Of a stretch of 64,000 bases of DNA, positions 1-13,870 are shown piece by piece (the stretch's first letter is position 1; each line of letters opens with the position of its first letter). Below the pieces are notes generated by a model that was not told the DNA's origin, ran no database searches, and worked only from the letters and a program-made list of their open reading frames with translations. The DNA is from Eledone cirrhosa (lineage: Eukaryota): NCBI GenBank assembly GCA_964016885.1, contig OZ024741.1:65472001-65536000 (forward strand), given 5' to 3'. Both the position numbers and the translations under genes were made by a program.

Positions 1-368
1 ACTCTTTCTATATCTTTCTAAGATTGATTTTCCTCCCACACCTTTTTTTTAAATAGCCGCTTTGGGGTTAGCTTCTTCATGCCTGAATAAATGAATAGAT
101 AGAACCATGGATATCCATTAGAAGAACCAAGCCTTACATGCTCTTTGGCACTCAGCATTTACTTGTTTATTTGGGATTTTCTTTTTTTTTTACATTTTAT
201 TTGATTCCTTACTTTACTCCCCACTCAAAGGTTTTTGTTTCCTAGATACTAAAGGAGTCACCTTTCCAAACTGATATCCCCCTCCCTCTCTCTCTTCATG
301 CACATATCAACATCACCATTTTATGTTTATTTTCCATGCTGGCATGGGTGTGTGTATATATATATATA

Positions 369-416
369 TCATCATCATCGTTTAACGTCCATCTTCCACG
401 CTAGCATGGGTTAGAC
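369..416 (-). mobile_element. Extremely 5'-truncated RTE LINE 3' end in (TA)n
   Basis: (cat)n tail plus gtttaacgtccatcttccacgctagcatgggttagac, matching the 3' ends of the long RTE copies; TA runs on both sides. Confidence 0.75.
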
Positions 417-466
417 ATCATATATATATATATATATACACACACATATTTACATAGATACATACA

Positions 467-530
<64 letters not shown>

Positions 531-929
531 TATACATAGATACATGCATACACACACACACATATATATATCACCCTCATCACCATTTAACATGCATTTT
601 ATTTGCTACCAAAAGTTCCTACAAAACAACACCAAGTCACAAAATATAAAACACCCACTATTAATAAATTCTTCTTCTAAATCTTCTATAGTTTCTCTTT
701 AAAAACCAATAAAAAATTAAATTAAATCTAAATAACCTGAAACACGCTTTATATCACTCAAAACACACAACACCCATAGAGAAAACCAATGTCCACCACA
801 AACAAACATTTCTAGGAAATCATTTTACATTTTACCAACATAAAAATAAAAAATAAATATTAAAATTAATATAAAAATTGAAATAACCACAAATATTCTG
901 GTACAGTGATAACAACTTGCTCAAGCCTC

Positions 930-1390
930 AGCTATGACAATCATCCGGTTTCTGTTGTATCTGCAGTGATCAAGCTATCTGTATCATGATATCTGAAGTG
1001 TTCTTATACTCTATACCTCCCCCACCTGCCCAAATACCCATCAAATATCCTAGCCCAACATTAACTCACACTTACTCTTCAATTCACAACTCAATTGCAG
1101 CCTGGTGCTGCCCAACATGTCCATTGAAGTTGCCAGACAAGATGATATTCACTGTCATCTATTCATCTGCTATTGAAGTTATCTGTAAGGAATTCTCATA
1201 GAAGTAATTTTTTTCTTTTTTAGTCAGCCCAGATTGTAGCAGATGTGGAGATAAATGTTGTCATTATATTGCTATTTGGGGCGTGATGGTCGTTTTTGCT
1301 CAAACATTTCCACAATTTTACTTGATCTATCTTTCATTATGCTAACATTAAGAGTGGGAGCCCTGAAATACCTTACAGTAGGCAGGGTGT
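930..1390 (-). pseudogene. Decayed APE endonuclease of an RTE-type LINE
   Basis: Minus-strand translation gives TLNVSIMKDRSSKIVEMFEQKR (APE N-terminal motif) and IILSGNFNGHVGQH (GDFNGHVG-like motif), broken by stops and frameshifts. Confidence 0.65.
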
Positions 1391-1724
1391 CCAGAGGTGA
1401 TTTGGTCATCTTTTGATCACAGCTTTCTGTATCTGAAAGGAAATGTGTGATTGTTTGATGACAATTGAAGGAGTTCTCACACAAGGCTAGGTTAGCCATC
1501 CCACTACCATGTGCACCATTATCATGGTTAGTGTTATTCCTGTATATGCAATTAATATTTATCTTGTGAATTCTAATAATCATGTTTTTTTTTCTTTCTT
1601 GATGCCCTTTCTATCACCAACCCATTTACAGCATGGACTGAGTGCATTTTATCATGCCACCAACACCAGGGAGTGTCTGCCAATACTTAAGAGTCCTTTA
1701 TACCTTGTGTCTGGTTTTATTCAG

Positions 1725-1861
1725 AGTGACTGCTCTCCTAGACAGGTTGCCTTCACTACAGCATATAAAGTCCTTGTCTACCCAAAAGGGGGATGTAGAA
1801 ACAATATTGATGATTTATATTAGGCTGACCATTCAGATGATATATTCAAAGTTCTTCAAAT
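1725..1861 (+). CDS. Candidate internal exon of an unidentified host gene
   Basis: Acceptor ggttttattcag, donor gtttgt; open frame VTALLDRLPSLQHIKSLSTQKGDVETILMIYIRLTIQMIYSKFFK in unique sequence; no family recognised. Confidence 0.3.
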
Positions 1862-3084
1862 GTTTGTGGGAAATAACAAAAAAAAAAAACACACACACAC
1901 ACAAAAAACAAAACAAAACAAAACAAAAACAAACAAATTTTATTAGAAATTATTTGAAATAATATTTATATTTCAGTATTTCCTGATTCTTTTATCTGTC
2001 TATTAATTTATTCATGGAATTCAATATTATAGTATATTTGGTGAGGTAGCTTGGCTGGGGTTTGAAGTTGTATGAAATCAATATTTGATAGAAAATTTAT
2101 TTCAGAAATTATAAATGTTTATAATGTGTTCTGTCTGATATCCCCCCTCTCTCTGTCTCTCTCTCACTCTTGCTCTGGGTCATACAACAAACATATATGT
2201 ACACACATATATAAATATATATATGTGTGTGTGTGTGTGTGTGATTCTCTCTCCCCCCACTTTCTCTCTCTCACACACATACACACTCCTTCTCTCTTTG
2301 TCTTTCTTTAAAATATTTTTTTTACAAGCGACAGACATAAAGAGAAATGGTTTTTGTTTAATTTACAAAATATACAAAAAGAAAACAAGTAGTAGTTGTA
2401 GTTGTTGTTGTTGATATTGTTTAATTCCAGGTCAGTTCTGATAGAGCAGACACCGAGAACATTCATATATAGCTCATCTTGGACTACATCATCTGATATA
2501 ACCTTGATTATTGTTTAAATGGAACAAAAGCATAATGTAAGGTATAATATGAGAGATGTTTGACTGCTATTACTAGCAGATTGAATGACCACATAGAGGC
2601 ACCCTTGAGTCTTGTGGGAAAAACACATAAAAGAAAGAGAGGGGGAGGGAGAGGTGTAGAAAATAGGAGAGGGCTGGAAACTAAAAAGGGGGGAGAAAGG
2701 AGGCAGAGTAGGAGATAGTGACTAAATTTAGTAACAAAAACAAAAAAAAACATGTAAAGAAGAAGAAAATTGAAATGCCAAGATTAAGCAAACAAAAAAA
2801 AGAAGAAAAAAACAAATTGTTATATATAAAAAATAAATAAACAACACAAAAATATATTTTTTTTAAGTGGAAGGGAGAAAAAATGGTGACTGATAGAAAG
2901 TACAGAAAGATACAACCAGAAAACAAAACAAAAGAGAGTTAATTAATTTTCTATATTGTTTTCTCAATAATGGTATTTAACTAAAACTATTTTGATTGTG
3001 GAGACAATTTCATTGTCTCGGACATAACACCAACAGAACTGACGTTACTAACTACCCTGGATTAACCATTAAGCAAAATAAGCA

Positions 3085-3438
3085 CTTGCCCAGTAAAAAG
3101 GGGTAAAGACCCCCTTTGGTCATGAATGACCATAGGATTTGCACCTAGAAAGTTCCCCTCTGAGGCACAAGCCAGGCAGGGTGTTTTTTGTGGAAGACCA
3201 GCAGTCACCCATGCATACCAGCCTTCCCTCACCTTGCCACTGTTGTTGTCCAAAGGAAAAGCAATGGCTGATACAGCTTGGCACCAATGACATTGCAACT
3301 CATTTCTACAGCTTAGTTAACTGGAGCAACGTGAAAATTGTGCACAAGAACACAATGCAAAGTCCGGTCCAATAATCAAACTCACAACCTCATGATTGTT
3401 AGCCAACACTCTAACCATTAAGCCATGTACCTTCACAG
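3085..3438 (-). mobile_element. tRNA-derived CORE-like SINE (octopus OR-type)
   Basis: Minus strand has a tRNA-like head (tggcttaatggttagagtgttggc) and a ttgtgttcttgtgcacaattttcacgttgctccag CORE-like block; related copies at about 18965-19275, 31505-31680, 36570-36765, 48440-48595. Confidence 0.65.
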
Positions 3439-4163
3439 TGTGTATATATATATATATATATATATATGAAACCCATAACTCCTGATAGAGCAATTTCAAC
3501 CAGGCAGATCCCATCTCTCTACAGGTCTAAACAGTCAATTTCTTCCAGAGAAAAACAGAAGGAAAGGGTCAGAGAGAGAGAGAGAGGAAGTGAGGAAAAG
3601 ATATAGAGGAAGAATCGACTCCAGTACTAGACTGTTACTTTATTTATTGACCTCGAAAGGATGAAATGCAAAGTTGATTTCAGCAGAATTTGAACTCAGA
3701 GCACAGAAATCTGGAGTGAATCCTGTGAAACATTCTATTCGACATTCTTATAACTCTGTCAATTTACCACCTTCATGGAAGTTTTACTAACCACAAAATA
3801 CAATCCCAAAATAAACACCCATATATATAAAATAAACTTTGTAAATCTACTAGAGTTTAACTGTTAATAATTCCAAATCTAACATTGACAATTTTATCAT
3901 ACTTTGTGATCTACTACAAACTTTGTGAACAACACACTATTATTATTATTATCATTTCCCTCTGATGATGAGACTGAGAGTGTCTTGAAACTTTAATGGG
4001 TTAATAGATTTTGGAATACTTTTGTTCTATAATATGAAAAATACTAAATATAAAAAGATTAAACATGATCATAACCATAGCATATTTGAATGAAAAGTTT
4101 CTCCCTATTTATATGAATATATTTCAGTATGTGTGTATCTTCATCATTATTTTATGTCCATTT

Positions 4164-4352
4164 GGGCGGTGGATTGGCAGTATCGGTAGAGGGTCGGACG
4201 CCATGCTTTGACACATAGAGTTACGGCCCTTGCCATTCTGAGTTCAAATCTCGCCGAGGTTAACTTTGCCTTTCATCCTTATGGGGTCGATAAAATAAAG
4301 TACCAGTAATACACTGGGTAATTGCTGGCCTTGTGCCAAAAGTAGAAAATTA
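4164..4352 (+). mobile_element. tRNA-derived SINE family A (octopus OK-like), full length with TSD
   Basis: A-box tggcagtatcgg, B-box gagttcaaatc, body gcctttcatccttatggggtcgataaaataaagtaccag; flanked by an 18-bp direct repeat attattttatgtccattt. Confidence 0.85.
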
Positions 4353-4627
4353 TTTTATGTCCATTTGTCCAAGGTGGCATGTGTTAGACAGATCATCATG
4401 GCCCATTATTAGATGGATTCAAGATCTTTATCATGTACATATGTTCTACTTTCAACATGGTCTCTACAGCTAGGTGCCTTTCAGAGTTTACTGAGTACCT
4501 TTCATCATGGTATCAGCACTACTACTTTATGGAGTGCACTGGATACATTTTATCAAAGGAAGTTGTGACTACCTCATATAATTTCTTTTTTCAGACACAA
4601 TGTCATCTCTACTGCATTATCCTATGT

Positions 4628-4790
4628 AGGGTGGTGGATTGGGAGTATAGGTAGAGCATCAGACAACATACTTTGAAGCAGAGTTGTGGCCCTTTGCATT
4701 CTCAGTTCAACTCCCACCGAGGTTAACTTTGCCTTTCATCCTTATGGGGTTGATAAAATAAAGCACCAGTAATACAGAAGTAGAAGCAAT
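4628..4790 (+). mobile_element. SINE family A copy with TSD
   Basis: Same head and body; flanked by attatcctatgta on both sides. Confidence 0.8.
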
Positions 4791-5127
4791 TATCCTATGT
4801 ATGCTTCCTCCTTCTTAAAATGGTAGAGTGTGAGTTAAGAGAGATTTGGTTGCTATTTTTAACAAGTCAAGCAACCATTGGCATATAGAGTGAGCAGATA
4901 TATATATTGTTGTTGCTCCAACTGTTGTGTTTACAGATTCAGAGTGTATAAGAGAGAGAAACCACTGGAATCTATTCTGACCTTTCATCATAGCAACATA
5001 GACTTGCAGGTTAACAGAACATTGATTTCTGGAATGATATCATTCCAGTTTTAGAGATTGAAGATTTTTGTCTAGAATGATACAGTGATGATGATGATTG
5101 TGGTGGTAGTGGTGAAGGTGATAGAGG

Positions 5128-5340
5128 TGGTGTAACAGAAGTGGCAGGCTATATGGTGGTGGTGGTGGTGGTGGGGTAACAGAAGTGGCAGGTTATATGG
5201 TGGTGGTGGTGGTGGTGGTGGGGTAACATAAGTGGCAGGTTATATGGTGGTGGTGGTGTAACAGAAGTGGCAGGCTATATGGTGGTGGTGGTGGTGTAAC
5301 AGAAGTGGCAGGCTATATGGTGGTGGTGGTGGTGGTGAAG
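5128..5340. repeat. Minisatellite: taacagaagtggcaggc/ttatat + (ggt)n, about 5 units
   Basis: Directly visible tandem units of roughly 36-48 bp. Confidence 0.85.
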
Positions 5341-6146
5341 ACATAGTAGCAAAATAAGTAGAAGAGAGAGAGAGAGAGGTGATGTAACAGAGAGTGAGGG
5401 GGATTATATGGTGGTGATGGTGAACAGAGAGAGAGAGAGAGGGTGTGTGTGATATAACTGAGGACGGAGTAACATGGTTGTGGTGGTGGTGATGGGATTG
5501 TGATGATGATGGTCATGGTGGTGAGGATATGGTATGGTGGTGGGGGTGAAAATATTTCCAAGGACAGGACACAAGTGTACTACCAAAGCAATGTAAAAAT
5601 TAAACAAGATGTTTCTCAATGTCTCCAGGCTCCACAACAAAGCCTCCAGTATAACACAGAAGAGATGAGAGAAAACTTCCTTGGCAGATCAAGCGTGCAA
5701 TGTAAAATGGCTCTGATAAGTGACTGTTTAGTCTGACCACCAAATAGATGCCACTGTATATTGTGTATAGTGGACTCTCCCAGCCTTTGGACACAGAAAG
5801 AAATGGTTTCATCCATCATTAAATCTTCCCTCTCTTCTTCTGTATGTTCACATATTGGACATTTTGTAAAAAGAGACTAGAAGTTTAAACCAGTGAGAAA
5901 GTAGTTAATTTTTCTCCTGATTCCAAGTAGTTCAGAATTGTGCCATAGCAGCTTCTTTGCCAATGACAACTTGAGTTAAATATATTCATTCAAACACTAA
6001 TATTGATGTATCATTGACACAAATAATTATGCTCTAACAATATTTTTATTCTACATACATTCACATGTATACTTCATATTAATTTACTTTTGTTATGATT
6101 AATATTTGGTAGAATATGATGCCAACTGGCACTCTGTCAATGTTAA

Positions 6147-6290
6147 GCATAGAATGATGGAAAATGGCCTCATCCACATGTCATCCATGAGTTTCCGTTC
6201 ACAACGAGGCAATGATCGAAGGGAGTGATTGGGGCCACCCATATTGCGACATTAGAAGTGAAATTTTTGAATCATCGCAAGACGCACTGA
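6147..6290 (+). pseudogene. Degenerate 18S rRNA fragment
   Basis: gaggcaatgatcgaaggg...atattgcgacattagaagtgaaatttttgaatcatcgcaagacg aligns by eye with the conserved eukaryotic SSU segment gtattgcggcgttagaggtgaaattcttggatcgccgcaagacg. Confidence 0.75.
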
Positions 6291-7629
6291 TGATGTATGT
6301 TACTATTTTCTACGTCATTATATTTCATTTATCTTATGTGGGACAAATAAAAATGGGATATTTTATTACACAACTCTTTTTGTTATTTGATAAACTCCTG
6401 TTTTGGTTTTCTGCACATTTATCGCTACAATTATAATGAACCAGCTCTGAAACTGGTTGTTTATGATAGCTACTATGTGTTAATGTTTGACCCTATCATA
6501 CAATTAAGACTGATCTAAATTGATTAGAGCCTCACTAAAGTCAGATATAGTATTAACCAGCTCTATTTTTTGAGGTGGAGATTATCATGTAAATGTGGTT
6601 GGCATTAGGAAGGGCATCCAGCCAGAAACACCCCTATTTGAGCGAGACATGGTCACTCGACACAACTTGCCTTAAAATAGGACCCCTCTAACATATGCTA
6701 GCATGGAAGATGGACGTTAATCGATGATGATGATATCAACCTGGGATCATGTAAGTTTGTATGTGTTTAACTACACTACTAACAAGCACTAGCCTCTTGG
6801 TGAGCATCTTTACCATATTTCTAATGAAATACACAGCTTATATATTTCAATTTGTTTTGAAAATGACTGAAAACCTGGAGGAATTTAATAAAATAACCCT
6901 AGATTTTCATTAGTAGGCTGGTGTTTGGAACATAACTTGAAAACATTTCTCAAAATGGAATGGAAGGTTTTAATATAAAGTATAAACATTTTTAATGGGC
7001 AGTTTTGTATCATAAAAGTAGAATGTTTTTGGGTGGGTTGAAAGCAAAATGGTTAACTATTTGTTGAATAGAATTATGGGTCCTGAAGTTGTCTCCTGCA
7101 TCTCCCTTGTTTATATCCTTTTTCAGTCGCTCCTTAGTTCAAATGACTGGAAATGCTTTCAACCTGTTGATAGTTGCAAGAAACAGCTACCAAGATGTAA
7201 ACATGTTTGGTATAGAATAAAAATGTTTATCACAGACCTTCCACTGCTGGTGATTTGCCCAGCATACAGCTGCTCAAAACATCATTATTTCATCTACTGA
7301 AATCAGTTATTCACAGCACTCAGCATCTTTGGCTGAAAGTTGCAGCAGACCATTGAGGTAGGAATCACTGTTCTTCATCTTGTTGCTCCTTGTGAATAGT
7401 TTGGTTAAGTACTTTCTTTGATTTCTTTAGATTTGAAATGAGACTACAAAATGTATAGTTAGTTGAACTGATGGATGGATCCTCTATGTGGGTACTTGAA
7501 TTTCTAGAGACAGTAACAACTAGATTTTCCTCAAACCTCACTCTAATGTCTTAAAAAATAAAGGATGCACTGAATAATGTAATTCAAGCTGTACTATGCT
7601 TATAAAAAAAGTTGGGTTAGTCACAATCA

Positions 7630-8290
7630 GCAATGATGATACCCTTGAGATTGTGGTAGAAAAACTTCAAAATAAGAGTGTGCCAGGAAGAGATATGATT
7701 GTCAGCTACTGGTATGAAATAACTGACTTTTCATTAGATGCATCTTATCAATCTCTACCAGTAAGCTCTCAAGTTAGATGCATAAATACCAAGCTAGTTG
7801 ACATTATCAGAAGCAAGATGGTCCCCCCCAAACACATGACAAAAAAACTACTGACCTATTGCATGCCAGAACCTAATGTATAAAATATATACAACCTATA
7901 CCACTATGATCACTGTGACAATAACAATATCATCACAGATGAGTTAACAACTGGGAAGAAAGGAGATTGAGGGTGTGCTGAGCAACTCCTATTTAACAAA
8001 ACAGAGATGTCAGAAATGTGATTAAATAGGAGGAACTTGGTTACAGTCTGGCTGGATTGCAGGAAAGCATTCAATTCTGTTCCCCACTCTTGAATGTTAG
8101 ATGCTCTTTGACTTATTATCAGAACCATTGAGAACTTATTTTATTCCTGGGTCATTATCCTGAAGTTAAATATTGAGAAGGGGGACTATATTGTCACTGA
8201 TAAAATAGACCATTGCAGGGGTATATTTCAAGGAGACAGGCTCTCTGTGATGCTATTTATACTGTCAGTAACTCCCTTGTCCTTTTTAAA
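7630..8290 (+). pseudogene. Decayed reverse transcriptase of an R4/Dong-like (RLE-type) non-LTR element
   Basis: KLQNKSVPGRDMIVSYWY; GKKGD*GCAEQLLFNK; RNLVTVWLDCRKAFNSVPHS; RGIFQGDRLSVMLFILSVTPLSFL; many stops. Confidence 0.75.
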
Positions 8291-8861
8291 AAGGACGTGT
8301 AATTGGTTCACAGGAGGCCAGAAATCCAAACCAAACATACACACGTCCTATTATACAACCTACTCCAAACAACACTGTACAAATATACAAAAACCCTTAC
8401 ACATATTGTGATGACAAAATGGACCTGAATTTTGTATAAAATTACATCTTCAAATAAATACAAGCAACAGAATATTTCAGACTAGGCAAGCGTGGTAAAT
8501 GAATATAATATGATAAAATATGTATTTTCAAATTAATTCTCGATGCAATTTTTCTTCTGAATCCTACTTTTGATTAATAAAGATGAGCTTTGTATCAAAC
8601 AAATTCCGACTGTCCTTGCAGAAAGGAAAACCATATGTCAATTCTTTGTTTGTATGTATAATCATCATGTGTATCAAGATCAGTTATATTTTCCTCATCA
8701 TCATCATAATCAACATTATTATTATTATCATCTTTATTATTAGTAGTAGAAGTAGGATTGTTGTTGTTGATGAACTAATATATTTTCCATATATATATAC
8801 ACACACATATACATAACTACACACATACATATCTCCCCCTCTCTCTCTATATATATATGTA

Positions 8862-8892
<31 letters not shown>

Positions 8893-8894
<2 letters not shown>

Positions 8895-9052
8895 ATGACT
8901 TCTACCAGACTAGAAATGTTTCATTTGTATGAAAGCATCAGGAATGACCTGAAGAAGTCATATCTATATAAAATGAAAATTGCCTATAATCTACCAATGT
9001 ATTGAGTATCTTTTTTAACTGTGGTTACCCCTAACACAACTCGGGAATCTTC
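8893..9052 (+). mobile_element. (TA)n-flanked Penelope pLTR-like fragment
   Basis: Bounded by TA runs; contains ctgaaga and a gtattgagta motif shared with the other pLTR derivatives; no complete HHR. Confidence 0.35.
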
Positions 9053-9083
<31 letters not shown>

Positions 9084-9549
9084 TATATATATATATGATA
9101 CGCGAGGGCATGTGGTTTAATGGTTAGAGTGTTCAACTCAATTCAAAGAGAGGTGTTCAATATAAGTCCAGAAGAGATATGAAAGAGGTATGTCACGAAA
9201 CACAATACTTTCTTGCTTGAGGAATATAAAATAAAACAAAGCACCAGTAATGCACTGGGGTCGATTTAATCAACTTTCCTCTCTCCCCAAATTGCTGGCC
9301 TTGTGCCTATAGTAGAAATCATTATTATTTTTTAATGGGCTTTCTCCACGATGGCCCTCGGAAGTCTCCCCCCTATGGGGGAATTTTTCATTGTTCTATT
9401 ATTACATCCTCTGTTTTTTTTGTTTTTTACATGCAGAAATGCCCATTTGTACCGTCCTGTATTGTCCTGTACTGTCCTTAATGTCTACTTTGTGTAAACC
9501 CTTGTGGTTAATAAAGAAAGCATTATTATTATTATTGTTATTATTATTA

Positions 9550-9750
9550 GGGAGGTAGAATGTCGGATAACATGCTTTGCAGCATAGTTGCGTCCCTTTA
9601 TGTTCTGAGTTCAAATACCGCTGAGGTTAGCGTTGTCTTTCATCCTTACGGGGATTGATAAAATAAAGCACCAGTCACACACTGGGGTCGATTTAATCGA
9701 CTTTCCCCTCCCCCAAAATGGCTGGCCTTGTGCCTATATAAGAAACCATT
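9550..9750 (+). mobile_element. SINE family A copy
   Basis: B-box gagttcaaat, conserved body and ggccttgtgcc 3' end; partial copy also at 9236-9325. Confidence 0.75.
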
Positions 9751-10161
9751 ATTATTATTAGGGTGGTAAATTGGCAGAGTTGTTAAAATATCAGACAGAG
9801 TGCCTTGTCTCATTCCCTCATCACTACTGCTGTAGCTTCCTTCCAGTCAGATTTCTTGGCACTTCTTCACCCAGCAATCATTATGAAATCAATATTTAGT
9901 TAAGGCACTTTACTTGTGGACTTTGTCATTCTTCCTTGTGGGTTGATAATATAAATACCAGTAAAACATGAGAGATGGAAGGCAGTTAAATTGACTAAGG
10001 ACCAGGTTAGTGGTGTTAAAAGGGTGAATAGCTTAATCTACCTGCTACAGGAATTAAGTCTGAGTTGATTAATCCCTAGTCAAGTACAGTAGAACCTCAC
10101 TGTATGACTGCCCTAGTAATTTGCTATACAAGCTGAGGCTCTGTGAATTTTTGTCTTGTAG

Positions 10162-10185
10162 CACAAGTGGAAATCCACAGTACAG
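10162..10185 (+). CDS. Candidate 24-nt microexon
   Basis: Acceptor ttttgtcttgtag, consensus donor CAG|GTGAGT; open in all three frames. Confidence 0.4.
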
Positions 10186-11250
10186 GTGAGTTTCATACAA
10201 TTAATAAAATCAGTTTACATATTTCTTTTGCATTCTTTTTTATTATGTTTTTATAATTGTCATTTTCCTTGTAACTGCACCATTTCTGATTTAAAACCCA
10301 TAAACAATGATTTTAAGGTGGTTTTGGGGCTGGAACGGATTAACAATATTTTAATTAATTTCAAAGGGGAAAATTGATTTGTAAAATGAGTAAATTGTAA
10401 AACGAACTCGGTCATGGAATGAATTAAATTCATACTGCGAGGGATCACTGTATACTGGTATTGATATAATCCACTGTACACTTGAGTGGTGCTCCAGTAT
10501 GTTCACAGTCTTATGACAGAAACCAGTGTGAAAAAATATAAGAATAACCACCACCACTATCATTGCTATCATCACTACCACTGCTACCGCCACCACTATC
10601 ATTGCCACCATCACTACCACCACTGCTGCTACCACGATCACCATCACCACCATCACCACCACCATCACCACCTCCGTTACCTCCACCACTACCACTGTTA
10701 TCATTATAGCACATGGTCACTATTCAACGTGCTAGAAATAGCAGCTAAATCTTGTTCAAATCACACACTACCATTTTTAAAACAGGACATATTGAATAAT
10801 GGAGTCTGGAGCAGACATCATTATCAAAAACCAAGACAAACTGACAGACACGCTCTCAACTGGAATTCTTCATTTAATCATAGGTTTTTTTACAATGTTG
10901 GCAGACTTAGAATTAAGCAACAACAACAACTTTATAGTTTTTTTATATATTTTAATTTTCTCAGCTGTATTTACTTTTTTTTCTCATAATCTAAATATTA
11001 CTTCCATCCGCAACACACACATAGACGTATATAACAACATTGATGCCTAAACAAATACACATTTCTTCAATAAGCAGCTTTGTTGTTTTTTTCTTTCTTT
11101 TCCTAGTTTTTTTTTTGTGTCCAGAATTTTTTCTAAAGTAAAGTCAAAATTGAAATGTAAGTAAATAATAATTTTTGCAGCCATTCCTCACAAGATATTC
11201 ATTTTTCAATGGAATAGCTAAACATTTGTTTGCTTTCTTCTTCTTCACAG

Positions 11251-11277
11251 ATATTACGTTCTAATTGCTTTCAATTG
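11251..11277 (+). CDS. Candidate 27-nt microexon
   Basis: Strong acceptor tgctttcttcttcttcacag, donor TTG|GTGAGA; open in phase 0 (ILRSNCFQL) and phase 2. Confidence 0.4.
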
Positions 11278-12781
11278 GTGAGAGGGAGAGAGGGAGGGAG
11301 CAAGAGAGAGAAAACAAAAAAGAAAATATGAAGAAAAAAAGGTAAAATAAATAGAAATGTTTTTAAAATAATTAGAAAAAAGAATCTGTTCAATTTTTAT
11401 ATACTGATATGACATTCCAATTTCTCCCCCTCCCCCCACCACCAAAAAAATCATGAGCATCACTTGACACTGAAACCAAGATGAATTGTTGTTGCAGATA
11501 TAGTTAGGAACAGAGGCAGGCTTTATTATCAAACATATATAAATAAATATATATATATATATGTGTGTGTTTGTGTGTGTATGTAAAATATATGTATATG
11601 TGAGTATTTCTAAAAATATATATATGTATGAATCATCATCATCACCGTTTAACATCTACTTTTCCACCCTTGCATGGGTTAGATGAGTTATTCTGTTGTA
11701 AGTAATATGATGGTCAGGTGACCATGTCATGCTCATACAGGACCAATTTTGGCTTGGTTTCTGCAGCTGGATGCCTTACATAGCACCAACCTCATTTACT
11801 GGATACTTTCTGATACCGACACGACCATTTTACAGTGTGGGCTGGTATATGAATATATATGTATACATGTATGTAAAAATATATATATATGTATGTATAT
11901 GTATCTCTCTCTCTATATATATATATGTAAATATATATATATACATATGCATGTATGTAAGTATATGTACATACATACATACATACATACATATATACAT
12001 ATATGTATTTGTGTGTGTGTGTGATGAAGATGGAACCTCCATTGGTTTTGATGATGAACATTAGTTATTCAATCAACTTGATTTCCAGATTATGAATTAA
12101 TGTGGTTGAGTATTCCATACACATGCAACCTTAATGTAATTCTCAGGCAGAATCAGCATAACATGATATATATGACAAGTTTATATGACAAATATATATG
12201 ATATATGACCTTTGAATTGCAGGTGTAATTCATCTGATTGCCATACCTTCATAACATCATACTTATCTTCCTTCTCTAAAAACCAGAAGAGAGGGCTCTT
12301 CATTTTGGCTAAGAACTGACACCTTTTCCAGTGTTGGTGCCATGAAAATGCATTCAGTACACCCTGAAAGATGAATGGTGATAGAAAGGGCTTCCTGCTG
12401 TAGAAATCATGCCAAAAGAGTCAAAAGAACTCTTTAGTTGGGCCAAGTACATGACAATCTCCCTGGTGTTGATGATCTATGTGATAAGCATACCCAGTAC
12501 ATGTTGTAAAGTGTTTGATGATAGGAAGGGCATCCAACTCTAGAAAGCTTGTCAAACAAAGCTTTCGAAGGAATCTTCAGCTGTGTCAAGAACATGATAA
12601 CTGCCATAGTGGTGGTGTCATGATAAAATGTACTTGGTATAGTGTAGAACCATATGTAAGTGAGATGTGGACCCTTGGCCAGTCTGGGAGGTGAGTAGCT
12701 CCACTTTGAATACTGACTCAGTCTGTGAAGACTTGACCAACCTTTGTAGCAAGGAAGGCAGATGTTAAATGATGTCAATGA

Positions 12782-12814
<33 letters not shown>

Positions 12815-12817
<3 letters not shown>

Positions 12818-12892
12818 GGTTACCCCCAAAAATGTATATACATATTTATTAGAATGCTGTTGAAGTGTGTATACATTTTTTGGGATACCCTG
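12815..12892. mobile_element. 78-bp Tc1/mariner-type MITE in (TA)n
   Basis: Imperfect TIRs cagggttacccccaaaaatgtata / tatacattttttgggataccctg, TA on both sides. Confidence 0.7.
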
Positions 12893-13359
12893 TATATATA
12901 TATATATATATATATTACATAATATTCATTTGTATTTATATTTAATGATATATAGATATATAAAATATATACACATGTATACACTCACATACTAGAAATA
13001 TATATATAAGTGATAACAAGTGTACCCAGCTGTTATATTTCTTAGCTGACTTGGTGTCAGCTTTATGTCCACTTAGAATATCTTTCTGTATGGAGTGTGG
13101 AGCTACTAAAGTCAGATGTATTCTTATGTGTGTGTATTTCAGTTTGTGTGAGTGTTCATAAGTAAGTGAGAGTTTATGTCATTTTCATCATTATTATCAT
13201 CACTGTGGTTGTCTTAGTCATTTTTGCTTTAATATCATTTTCTTTTTACAATTTTGTGTAGGTTGGACATATCTGCAATGTGGTAAAATTATAAACTGTT
13301 TTCATACTATGTCATCCTTACTTTTGAAAGAAAGGTATGAATTTTTGCACCTCTAAAGG

Positions 13360-13870
13360 CAACCTACTCCGGCTAGATCCCCAAATGAGACCAACTGAGC
13401 TCGTGAATGTTATCCAACCATCTTGCTCATGGTCTGCCTTTGAGTCTCTTGTTAGTTGGCTTTACCTGTAAAATCTGTCCAGTGATTCTTTCCTTAGGCA
13501 TTTTAACTATATGGCCGTAGTAGTGGAGCTGTGATCTCTCAAGTTGGAGGAGTAGCAGCTCTACCTGGAGTGACTTCCTGATCTCTGGGCTATGCACACC
13601 ATTAAGTAACATTACTTCAAAGACATTTAAGAGAAACCTCATTGCAGCCATTTGTATTCACAATCATATTCTTTTGATCATTATAATGATAATTATCCAA
13701 GATTCTTGATCAAAGGTAAGGGATGGCATGAAGATTAAATTGAAATGAGTTTGGCTTTTACACCTATCTCCCTTCTTTTGATGACTGGGTGCTGAAGCTG
13801 GTGCATTACTTACTGCACCAGCTCAAAATTCTTGCCTCATACCTGTTTATACAAAACATAAACAGATATC
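13360..13870 (-). pseudogene. Rex3/Expander-like RTE LINE, decayed C-terminal part
   Basis: IRKSLQVELLLLQLERSQLHYYGHIVKMPKERITGQILQVKPTNKRLKGRP; same family as 22530-23290. Confidence 0.8.

Noticed and set aside
4164-4260. tRNA gene
   Set aside because: A/B boxes belong to a SINE head; no cloverleaf, and it is followed by the SINE body and a TSD
5128-5340. Repeat-spacer pattern resembling a CRISPR array
   Set aside because: Spacers are just (ggt)n, the context is eukaryotic and there are no cas genes
5616-5876. Minus-strand 86-codon frame after an acceptor-like ttctag (SLFTKCPICEHTEEERED...)
   Set aside because: No family recognised and no partner minus-strand exons found; it overlaps a competing plus-strand candidate; unresolved, so not called
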